From assembly GCA_033442325.1 (NCBI GenBank), contig JAWQFM010000002.1:2101044-2165043 (forward strand): a stretch of DNA of 64,000 nt, written 5' to 3'. This document shows, piece by piece, positions 25,789-39,690 of the stretch. The DNA is from Salpingoeca rosetta. Taxonomy: Eukaryota > Protista > Choanoflagellata. The notes under the pieces are model-generated. The model saw nothing but the letters and a program-made list of their open reading frames with translations, had not been told where the DNA came from and ran no database searches. Each line of letters begins with the position of its first letter. Within the stretch, counting starts at the first letter, position 1. The translations under genes were made by a program, and so were the position numbers.

Positions 25789-28700
25789 TGCTGTTGCTGC
25801 TGTTGCTTGCGGTGGTGGTGTGCATGCCAGCACATTTGTTTGTTTGTTTGTTTGTGTGTGTGTGTGTGTGCATGTTGCTTATGTGTGTGTGTGTGTGTGT
25901 GTGCGTGCTTGTCGATGCGTTTGTGTGGTTCCTTGTCTGCGTGATGCTGATGTGAGTGCCCACCCATTTGCCATCGCCCTGTTGCCGCATGCGCAGTATG
26001 CTCACTGCTTGAAGAATGACCTGAGCAACATCGTGACCATCAGCATCCAGCGCCGAAAGCGGTGCGTTGTGAAATGAACACTGCTGCTTTGACCTGTTGT
26101 GTGTGCAATGCGTGTACATGTTTGTGTTGGCATGTGCGCGTGCGCGTGAAGTATAGTGCTCACGGGTTTGTGTGGGCATATGTGTGCATGTGTGCATGTG
26201 ACTTGGATGACGACAGGTACAAGCACCGGCCCATCAAAGGCTACAAGACACTCGGTACCAGCACCATCAACCTGTCACAAGTGAGCATTCAACACACGCA
26301 CACGCACACGTTCAAACAACTGGCATGTCTTGCTCTTTCTCTCTCTCTCTCTCTCTCTTGAACGTCATGTAATCGCTACCAAGATGCTCACACACACACA
26401 CACACACACGCACACACACCCACGCACACACCCACGCACACACGCACCCACGCACACACGCACACACCCACCCACACACCCACCCACGCACACACCCACG
26501 CACACACCCACCCACGCACCCACCCACGCACACACACACGAAACATCTCGGCTGTCGGCGGCAGGTTCTGCAGCACGACTTCAGCGGGCAGGTGGAGATG
26601 GTGGATAAGGAAGGGCGGGTCATTGGCGTGCTTGGCATTGAGCGTGCTGTCACCACATCCATCGAAGGGAAAACCACACAGGGTATCCCCATTGATGCCT
26701 GCCTTCTCGCACTTGCTCCTGCACCCGCAGCCGTGAAAAGTGTGCATGTGTTGGTGGTATGCGTTTGTGTTCTGCGACCGGAGCCTGTTCTGCGTGTGTG
26801 TGTGTTTGTGTTTTTTTTTTTTTTGTGTGTGTGTTGTGGTTGTGTGTGCATCTCGCTCATGACTGTGATCTGTGTCGGTTTGATCGCATTTGCGCAGATG
26901 ATGGCGCTGATTCGGACGATTCTCTCGAGGTCGCGCCCCACCACTCTGGTGGCATGTGTCCATGTGAACTTGTTGAGGGTTGTTGGTGTACAGATCGAAG
27001 CACGCATACGTTCACCATTCACGGCCATCACCCTCACCATCGTGTCGTGATCTGTTCATTGCTCTGTGCTGACATTTGTACAGGCGAGCGACATTGAGGA
27101 CGAGGACCGCGCACGCCGCCCGCAGTGAGAACACCCACTCACCCACCCACCATCCCACACACACACACACACACACACACACCCTCCATCCCACGCCCAT
27201 ACCCCCCCCCCCCACACACAAAGTGCACACACACACACACACAGACAGACAGTACACACAGACAGTACACGTGGTGGTGTCTTGCTGATGACAGCTTTTG
27301 TAACTCGTGCCTCGGTGTGTGCGTGTGTGTGTTTTTGGCGTGTGCGTGTGTGCGTGTGTGTTCAGGCGAAAGCCCATCGGCCAGCTGCGCAAGTTCATGG
27401 CGCGCATGATTCACGATCCGATGCTGCTCTCCAAACTCAAACGTACGCGGACGCAGACACCACATGAGCCAATGCATTCCTCCACCGCCCATGCCACCAT
27501 GTGCTCCGTTCTTTGCTTTGCTCGTCTCGCTTCTCGCCACTCCATTCTCCATTCTTACTTGCGATTGCCCGTCGGCCATCACCACCAATAACCAACAACA
27601 TCAACAACCAACATCAACAACATCACCACCATCACCACCAATAACCAACATCATCAACAACCACCACCACCAACATCACCACCACCGCCGTGATGTGCAT
27701 GGTGACAGGGCGACGGCGCAATCGGGCGCATCCGCCCGAGGGCCAACAGCCCGGCACCGAGGATGAGGATGATGATGACGACGACGACGAGGCTGAAGGT
27801 GCCGGCATGTGGAAGTGCACGCGCCTGTTGTGGCTCCTGTAGAAGAAGGAGCATGTGTGGCTGCTGCTGCTAGTGGTGTGTTGCGGTGTTTGTGCTGCTG
27901 TTGCACAATGGCACAGGCTCATTCCTGCCGTGTGCTCGTGCGCGCATGTGTGTGCATGTGTGTGCATGTGTGTGCATGTGTGTGCATGTGTGTGCATGTG
28001 TGTGCATGTGTGTGCATGTGTGTGTGTGTGTGTACAGAGCTTGACGAGATTGCGCTGCTGGAGATGCTGCGCATGGGATCCGAGGTCGCATCGCTCTACA
28101 GCGACGAATCAGACACAGACGACGTCCCCGTCACAAAGTCAGCTCGCAGCACACACATGCACCCTTGTCCACACTCTTACAGACAAGACACTCTTGCACA
28201 CACACACACACATACAGTCACACACAGACTCATACACATGCACACATGCACACATACACACACAGTCACACACACAGTCTCACACACTCTGTTGGCAACT
28301 CACTGTTCTCGACCACATCCCTCACTGCTTCCTCCTTCCGTTTCTTGCTGCCCATAGCCTGCCGTATCTTGCGCCGTTCTACGGCCCGCGAACAGGGCGA
28401 CGTGCGGGCGCGCCGGCAGCAGCGACCGGCGCGCACCACCGCCACAGCCTCGGCCATGCACACGGCCTCGGTATCGGGTACACGAGCCATGCACAGCAGC
28501 AGCAACAACAACACCAAGAGCCGCAGCAGCAACAGCAACAAGAGCCGCAACAGCCACAGACACAGCAGCAACAGCCACAGCACACCGGGCGGTCTGTTGC
28601 CGCTGCGTTTTCGCTGCCGTTTGGCCAGCGCAGCCCCGCCGCACCCGCCCAGCATGCACCCAGGACCCCGGGCAGGAGGTGTGTGCGTGTGTGCATGCAT

Positions 28701-29754
28701 GTGAACGTGTGAGCATGTGTGTGTGTGTGTGTGTGCATGTGTGCGTGTGTGCATGTGTGCGTGTGTGCGTGTGTGCGTGTGTGTGTGAGCGTGTCGCCGA
28801 AAGTACATGTGCTCTCAGTGGCTTGGTTGTTTGTGGGGACCCTGTTTGGTTGATTTCGGCTGACGCCAGCTCACGTCTCTGCTCCTCTCTGTATCTGTTG
28901 TTCCATGTGCAGCCGCAACAAATCAGAGAAGGATGGTACGTCTCTGTGTTGCTCTGCCATGCACGATTGCTTGCTAACATGCATGTATGCACCTGTGCAC
29001 TGACCTGCCGAAGGTTTGCCCTCCCCACGCGCTCTCCTTTTCATATGGTTCATGTGTACATGTTTGCATGTGTGTGTGTGTGCGCATCTCTGTGCGCGCG
29101 CGTCTGTGTGTATGTGTATGTGCACCTGTCGTCGTGTGCATATGCCGCCTCCTCTCCCCCACCCCGCTGTCATGTGTTCAGCAGCGGAATCGCCCACGCG
29201 AGCGCAGCAGCTCTTCCGCGCGGGCAGCCTCACCCGACGTCAGTGGACAGCACCCGTGTCGTCGTCCATGCTCCCCTGCCCTTGTGTCATTTATGTCATT
29301 CGCGTCGCTTGCGTCGCTTGCATCGCTCGTGCCGTTTGGGCAAATTCCAACCTCTTTTTCCAAATGCTCTGAGAGCTGGTCTGTTCGTGTGTCTGTGTGC
29401 GTGTGTATATGTGCATGTGCGTGTGTATGTGTGTATGCGGTTTAGGGTTCCGTTGCTGTTATTGCCGCTCTTCTCACCACAACACCTGCGTGCTGTCTCC
29501 ATCGTGTCGTTGCTGATGTTCTGCTATTCTGTGCAGAGTACGCGTCACCGCCCAGGTCAGTGTGGCATGACGCGTGTGTGTTTGACGTGTTTGCACCTCT
29601 GTATCACCCCTCTTTGTCATGTGCCCCTGTGCGTGGTGCGTTGACCACAACTTGCCATGCTCCACTGCTGCATCCTCAACGTTCACGCCATGCCATGCTT
29701 GCAGGCATCAGGGTCTCTCCACATCGCCGCGCGTCTCCCGCAGCGACCTGGTGC

Positions 29755-29812
<58 letters not shown>

Positions 29813-32103
29813 CATGCATGAGAAGCCGAGCATGCGCATGCCAAACACTGCACACGCGTGACTGCTTCCTTGTTCTCCTTTCCTGCCCTGTTTGCCTTTG
29901 CTGTTCTCCCTCCTCTATTCACTTCAATACTGCCACCACCATCATGAACCCCCCCCGGCCCACACCAGCCGCCGCCTGCTGGCCTCGTTGCGACGGCGCC
30001 GGACGAAATTTCCGCTGCGCTGGAGCGAAACCCGGACTGCGTTGTGGTTGGGTGCGCATCTGACCGCATGTACACGGCGCTGGTGCAGTCATCCTCCCAC
30101 CCGCTGCACCACGCGCTGACAGAGCGCGGAACGGCGACGGAGGCCATTGTGCTGCCGGACGATCCATCCAGGGCGCGGGCTTGCATCACGACGCTGCTGT
30201 CGACAGCGGAGAGCATGGCCAAGGACCGGGAGGCGCGATCGGGCGTGCGCACGGGCCTGCAGCCGGCATTCACATGCGTCGTGGTCACCGACGGCACGGC
30301 AATTGCGCGGCTACTGGATGCGATGGTGAGCACCACGACGCGCGCCAGGTGCCCGCCCTCGTTCCGCGTTGTGCCGTCGGACAAGCAGGACCACCTGTGC
30401 CGGCGCATCGCTGCTGTCGACAGCGAATACCAGCTCCGCTTTGGTGGCGACGACTGGCACATGCTGGTACGGCGGTGGGGTGAAAGGAAGTGAAAGGGGG
30501 GTGGAGGGGGGGGGGGCAACGTGTGTATGTGTACTGTGGTATATCGGGTGCGAATATTGTATGCAGTGTATGCGTGGCCCGTGTATGTTTGTGCGCTTGT
30601 TGTGGATATCTGTTGAACCGGGTGCGCATCAGTGTCTCATGATGAAACTTGTTGTTGCCACACGCCTTTGTGTGTGTGTGTGTGTTGCGCTGGCCTGTGT
30701 GTGTGTGTGTTGCGCTGGCCTGTGTGTCACTGATGCTGTGCAGTTGTCGCACTACTCTGTGGAGGCGGCGAGCCAAGACCAGGTGCTGCAGCGGCTCAAG
30801 ACGTACATCACCACCGCCACCCGCCCGCTCTCCTTCGAGGCCGGGCAGGTCCAAGGTCTGCATGACGCATGCAAGCGGTGCACGTGTGTGTGTGAGTGTG
30901 AGTGTGAGTGTGAGAGTGAGAGTGAGTGTGTGTGAGTGTGAGTGTGAGTGCGGGTCATGTGTGAGTAAGTGTGTGCGTGTGTGTCTGGCTGTATGAAGAT
31001 CAGAATGCGTTGCCCGCACGCCTGTTCTAATTGTGCTTGATCGTGTTGCCACACCTTCCGTTTCGTCTCTTCGCTGTATGTCACTCACTCACATGCCCCA
31101 TCGCATGACATTGTGCCCACGCTTCATGCTGCGTTCTCATCACCAGTTCAAACGGACAAGGAGGGCTCGGAGTCGCTTGTGTTTCTGTCGCGGGTGCAAT
31201 TTGGACTGGGCGATCCATCCGATACGGACCTCTCCTCCTCCACGCCGCGCGATGATCTCGACATTGAGCTCGACTTCAAGCCCGTGCCGCGGGAGCGGGA
31301 GGACGCAAACATGGTGCGCTTTGCTTGGGTTGGGGTATTGGGGGGGGGGGAGGTTGAGTGAAGGGGAGTGGAATGCAGTGGGGTGGGGAGGTGCGCGTTG
31401 GATGAGTTGCAGGTGGCGACAGCCTTTCGTCTCAAAATCATACGCACACACACATCCACCCTCACACACTCAAACATGCACACACACATATGCACACACA
31501 CACACGCATGCACACACACACACACTAACACACACACATCCTAACACGCACGCACACACACATACACATACACACCCTAACACACACATGCACACACACA
31601 CATACACACACACACACACACTAACACACACACACACGCATGCACACACACACACACTAACACACACACACATCCTAACACGCACGCACACACACATGCA
31701 CACACACACACATGCGCACACATATGCACACACGCATACACACACACACACACAGACTGGGGTCAAAGGGACGATCAAGGCAGTGGTGATAGAACGTATT
31801 CAGGACCCGTTTACGGCGGAGCAGCCGAAGCACGGGCGGCTGAAGCTTCACGTGACACGTGGCCCGCCCAAGCAGAAGATCAAGCGGCTGATGACCAAGA
31901 AGGAGCTGGAAGGCAACCTGGACGTGGACGCAGAGGCCGTGCTGTGCAAGCCGTCGCGCGGAAAGCCGAAGCTGTGCTTGGTCGTTGATGGCTGCATCTA
32001 CCCCGACATTGATCAGTGCTACATCACTGGTGTTCACCCAAGCACCTCCCGCCGCATTGCCATTGGCTCTTTCCCTCCTGCATCCTCCTCCTCTGCTGCT
32101 TAA
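24573..32103 (+). CDS. PACS1: Phosphofurin acidic cluster sorting protein (PACS1/2 family), many exons
   Basis: LPMNYFAS|WEV...VPR, SRRVLRSSE, LSFTLP|YAHCLK, SIQRRKR|YKHRPIKGYKTLGTSTINLSQ match the PACS furin-binding region. Acidic cluster at ~27760-27795. C-terminal exons FVSRVQFG-like (LVFLSRVQFG) and LCKPSRGKPKLCLVVDG. Confidence 0.88.
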
Positions 32104-32248
32104 TCACCAGGCCCGCAGCCGTGTTGTGTGGTGTGTTGTCGGTGTGATGATGAGTTTGTGGCTGAGCAAGAAGAAGTGTTGTTGCTGTTGTTGTTGTTGT
32201 TCGCCGAACATTGTTTATGTTTTGCATTAAACTTCTACAACAACGGCT

Positions 32249-33001
32249 ATGGCAGACCAGCACAACAAGGTGTGTTTTTGTGGCACCCCCCCACCCCAAA
32301 GCACCCACGCTCATGCCCACGCTCATGCCCACGCTCATGCCCATGCTCATGCCCATGCTCATGCCCATCCGCGTACAGGCGCAAGGAGAAGGAGAACAAA
32401 GGGGTGCTGAGCGGGCTGCGTTGATTGAGGAGGTACTCGGCTTGCAAACAGCATTGGACGGTGCGTTCGAGCGCATGTGTGCGTTGGTGATCATGTGTGG
32501 ATGGAGCCTGCATGGAAACTTGTGAGCGCACGACATGATTGGTGTGATCTTGGAACTTCGATTCATCTTCTCGTTTCTATTTTTTTTTTTGTGTGTGTTT
32601 GTGTAGCGCTCTCTGAGCGGGTGGACGAAGTTCGGGAGGAGAACGTTGGCCTCAAGCAACAGAACCAGGTGCGTGCATGTGCAAGGGAGTTGTACTCGTG
32701 TCCAGCATGAGCTACGGTCCTTTGCGCTGTCGTCTTTCCTGTGTTCCCTCTCTCAATTGCCCTGCGCAACATTTCCTCCTTCTTCCTTCCATCGCAGTCG
32801 CACACGCACTCACATCACATCAACCGCATGCACGCACATCTCCACTATCCCATGCCATGTGCTACGCACATGCTGCAGCAATTGACCCAGTACATTGAAA
32901 ACGTGATGGCTGCTGCCACGACAGAGACAAGCGCAAGCCAGGGCAACACCACCACTGCCAATGGGAGCAGCCGCAACAGCAGCAGCTCCACCTCACGCTG
33001 A
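32249..33001 (+). CDS. SCOC: Short coiled-coil protein (SCOC/UNC-69/Slo1 family), 4 exons
   Basis: ERAALIEEVLGLQTALD|ALSERVDEVREENVGLKQQNQ|QLTQYIENVMAA matches the SCOC core. Confidence 0.88.
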
Positions 33002-33999
33002 CATGATGCCTCTCCGCCAACCCGCTGCTCGTCTGCTCTTGTCCTTCCTCTTCAAGGGCAATTTTGACGTTGACTGCCAATTTTGACTTTGATAGTAGAC
33101 TGTTGTTGATATCTTCCTGCGATGTTCCTGACCCGTGAAATAAAGAGTGATTTTAGCACCGTAAATTTCACGCCTGGCGGATGGTCTGTGCCTTTTTCTC
33201 TGCGTCGCGTGTTCCTTCCCCTTCCACCGCACACACAGACAGCCAGGTGAGCGATATGAGCGTGGTGGCGGATGAGACTGGGCGAGTGAGGCCTGTGGTG
33301 GCATTGAGTGTACATGCGCGCGCGTATGTGTATGTGTGTGTATGTGCGTGCACGTGTGTGCGCGCGTGTGTGTGAGGTGTTGATGAAGGCGCGCATCTTC
33401 GCTGAGCAGCGACGGCAGCGTGTGAAGCAGCATGATCCAGGAACAACGAACGAACACCCCACTCGTGCTCGTTTGTGTTGGTTGTGGCGCACGTGATGTT
33501 GAAGCTTGGGCAGCAGCCATGCATACCGCTTGCAAGCCGAAGCAACAGAACACCGGCCGAGCCGCCAACGTCACTCCCACTCGCATCATCAACACCAGTG
33601 TTGCGAGTGCGTGCGTTGTGGCAGCAGTGGTGGTGAGGCCAACTCAGCAGCAGCAACAGCAGCCCACACGACACGACGCGATGCAAACGACGCGATGCAA
33701 ACGCCGCGTGGTGTTGGTGCTCGAGTTGGGCGACATTGCCGTGACAAGAACAGCACTTGTGGACGTGTGGCGCGTGTGGCCATCCACCCGGGCGTGCATG
33801 GCCCTGACATTGAGGAGGAGGATGCCATCGCAAGAACGATACACCCGCCACCAGCACCACAAAACACTGCTGCAACACACTGCCTCCACCTTTACCCACT
33901 ACTGTTGTAGCTCACAACACACGCACTGCACCGCTGTTGTGTGTTTCCTCTTCTCTCCCTCTCTCCCTTCCTACCCTTGTTGTTTGATTGTTGAGCAGG

Positions 34000-35243
34000 A
34001 TGTCCAAGGAGACCCCTCAGCTTGGCCCCGACGTGAGTTGTGCATGACCTCCTTAAGCAATGTGTCTTACATGTTTGCGTCTGTGCTGATTGTCTTCATC
34101 TCCACACTCGCACACACACACACACACACATCCAACGCGCGCACACCATTGCCGCCTTGCTTCGCACGCGTACTCACCACGACCACCCTCCCCCATGCTT
34201 GCTCCAATCAGGTCAAGGATGGCGAGCTCGTCTTTGGCGTTGCACACATCTTTGCGTCCTACAACGACACTTTCGTTCATGTGACTGATCTTTCTGGAAA
34301 GTGAGTGAAGCGGCGCCTCATGCTTGTACATCACATCACAAGACTCCATTTGTTACTACGTGCTTGTCCTTGTGCGTTGCTTGTCTTTGTCTTTGTGTTT
34401 GTTTCGTGTTATCGTAGTGCTTCGATCGATCCTGTATTTATGCTGCCCTGTGGAGCTGACAACATCTCACCATTTCGCTTTGACTTCTTGTCCTCGTGCT
34501 TAGGGAAACCATGGTTCGTGTGACTGGCGGTATGAAGGTGAAGGCCGATCGCGATGAGGTACGTCGCCAGTTCATTGTCACCTGCCACTTTTTTCCATGT
34601 GTGTGTGTGCGTGGCGTGTGCGTGTGTGTGTGTTTTCATCGTGTGGCACCACGCTGCTCTCGTTTGCTTTCCTCCCCGTCTGCACTTCTCTCCGCCGATT
34701 CCCTCCTACTTTCCCCTTTTTCTCATCTTTGCATTGCGTTTTTATGTGCTTGTGTGCGTGCTTGCGTGCGTGTATGCAGTCGTCGCCATACGCTGCGATG
34801 CTTGCCGCCCAGGACGCCGCTGCCCGCTGCAAGGAGCTCGGCATCACCGCTCTTCACATCAAGCTCCGCGCCACCGGCGGTGTGCGCTCCAAGACCCCTG
34901 GCCCCGGCGCGCAGTCCGCGCTCCGTGCCCTTGCCCGCTCTGGTCTCCGTATTGGCCGTATTGGTGCGTTCAAACTGTGGTGTATGTGTGTTTGTGTGTG
35001 TGTATTCGTGTGTGTGTGTTGTTTGCTGCAGCTTGCTGTGGGGTTGCGTGTTGTTGCGTGTTGCGTGAGGGTGTGCACGTTCCGTGCTCGTCCCCCGAGT
35101 CCCTGTTTCTCCTTGCAACGCATGGCTCACATACCTCCACCCACCACGTCAATACCATCAACAAACAATTGGCAGAGGATGTCACTCCCATCCCCAGCGA
35201 CAGCACAAGGAAGAAGGGTGGTCGCCGTGGTCGCCGTCTGTAA
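34000..35243 (+). CDS. RPS14: 40S ribosomal protein S14 (uS11), 5 coding exons
   Basis: [24 protein letters not shown]|[18 protein letters not shown]|[12 protein letters not shown]...[18 protein letters not shown]...[22 protein letters not shown]. Confidence 0.97.
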
Positions 35244-35638
35244 ACCACACATGCACGCACACATTTTGGCTTTTTGGTCCCCAGTTCTTGGTGTGTGAGT
35301 GGCGGCGTTGGTGATGATGTGTTTGTCTCCTTTACTTGAGATGTACGTGTGCCATGACGGTTCCCTCCCTCACAAGTACACGTGCATCAACGGACAACCG
35401 ACCACGTATTCGAGTGTCTGTGTGTGCTGGTTGTGGTGAAACCTCGCGGTTGAAAACTTGCGCACATTAATTTGAGTGCAGCGTTTACTTGTCTGTGATT
35501 GTCACGAGCAGAGCGTAGAGTGGGGGAAGGGGACAAGGGGTGTTTGTTGGGAATGCAGAGATAGAGAGAGGGGGGGGGGATGGAGCGAGTCAACACACGC
35601 ACAGACAAGACAGACACGTGAACACACACACAAACAGT

Positions 35639-35681
<43 letters not shown>

Positions 35682-35726
35682 AAACACACACACACACACA
35701 CACAAACAGTCAAACACACGCGGCAT

Positions 35727-35987
35727 CTAGTCGTCGTCTTCCTCTGGCCTCCAGATGTCGTTGTCTTCCACGTATTGTACAATGTTCTTTGCCGCCGAGG
35801 CACCGGCATACACCACTGTGGGAAGCACAACGGTGATGCCTGCAAACACAAGAACGCTGGCCTTGCTTGGCATCTGGGGAATCAGGTCGTGGCCAGACAA
35901 GCCGCTTGTGGACCGCCGCGCAACCAGCGCAGCGCCGTTTGGCCTTGCCGCACTTCTCGCGGCCCGCACAAGCGTGGTTCCAAGCAT
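35727..35987 (-). CDS. SMDT1: EMRE/SMDT1-like essential MCU regulator (86 aa, single exon)
   Basis: Arg/Ala/Ser-rich, acid-free presequence, then LIPQMP, one TM helix ending YAGASAAKN, and acidic tail YVEDNDIWRPEEDDD*. This parallels animal EMRE ILPKP...YVGTLISKN...LEEHDIFVPEDDDDDD. Confidence 0.8.
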   Translation of the reverse strand: MLGTTLVRAARSAARPNGAALVARRSTSGLSGHDLIPQMPSKASVLVFAGITVVLPTVVYAGASAAKNIVQYVEDNDIWRPEEDDD

Positions 35988-36646
35988 GGTTCTGGGTGTT
36001 GCAAGAACGAGCGCAGACAAAAAAGGGTCAGCAAGGAAAGACGGCCAGCAGCGGAATGGCCAAAGGCAAGGAGGAATCTCAGTCAGAGGGTGTGCGTGAT
36101 GAGTGTGCGTGTCGTGGGAGGTCAACAAGGCCAGGAGGTGAAGGAGGAGAATTGAACGATCGGCAAGTGCGGGAGAGCGCAGTGTGAGAAGAACACACGG
36201 ACAGCATGGACAACGCAACTACAAGACCACCCCAGTGCTTTCATGGCGCAGGCAGGCACGGGAGCAACGCAAACACCAAACATGCACACGCACGCACACC
36301 CATCCAAACATCACAAACACCACCACCACAACAACACACGAACCTCCTCTTCTTTTTCCTCTCTTCCTTCTCGGCTTGCTTGGCAATCAAAATGAAGGCT
36401 CGACTATTCGCGGAAGATATTCGTAATTTGTGCCGCACACTCAAAAAGGCAAAAGGGCAGCAGCCAAACCGTTCACTCTCCACTCACCACCTGCTTGGTT
36501 TCATGTCAACGCAGTCCACGTTGTTCGCCCGCCAAGCAAGCCAGCAGCCAAGTTCTCGCGTCAGCACGACTCACCTCACTTGGGAGCCAAAGCAAGCAGC
36601 ACTTGGGTTCATAGTTGGTGTGCGGGTGCATCTGCGAATCCGAACC

Positions 36647-39003
<2,357 letters not shown>

Positions 39004-39690
39004 CGCTGTGTGTGTGTGTGTGTGTGTGTGCAATTGGCTGCGACAAGTATTGACGCGTGTGCAGTGGTGCATCTCTTCGGGTTTTTCCCGCGTACTCGAT
39101 GCAAGCGAGCGTGCTTCTTGGCTTTAGCGCGTGTTGTGTGTATTTCGTTGGTTTCGCGTGCTAACCGACGACTAGAGCTTCTCATAACATAAAGACATCC
39201 GATGACCCATTATCAACACACACGCGCACGCGAGCAAGGCTGTGCGTGCGCAGTGTGAAGTAACGACGTGACGACAGGCAGGAAGCGAGCAATGTGGCAA
39301 AACAATAACAGTGACACGCACGGTGTTGCACAGTTGGACAGCTGTACATCAATGCTGAGTTGTGCCGACAAGGACCGTGAGAGCACACACACACACACAC
39401 ACACACACATGCACACGGCAGCGGGTTGACTTATGTATGTACAAGGAAAAAAAAAAGAATTGCAATATTTGAACAGCGACGGGCTGGAGCGCGTTGTAGG
39501 TGGCGTGTTGTGAGTTGCGCATCTACACAAGCAGGTTGCGCCCAGCAACGCCAAACTTCGCCCTGGGAGTGGAGAGCACATGTGGAGGTTGGAAAGGCGG
39601 GGGAGGGGGGAGGAGGAGCGGGCGAGTATGTGAGTGCGTGGGTGGAGAACAGACGTACAGCAGCAAGCCTTTAGCAGAGGTTGAGAGCAA

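Noticed and set aside
33168-33910. ORFs of 130-290 codons between SCOC and RPS14
   Set aside because: Overlapping frames on both strands with no recognisable motif or consistent splice pattern; a gene cannot be supported, though not excluded
35311-35400. C-box-like GTGATGA after RPS14 as a C/D snoRNA
   Set aside because: No CTGA D box at a suitable distance
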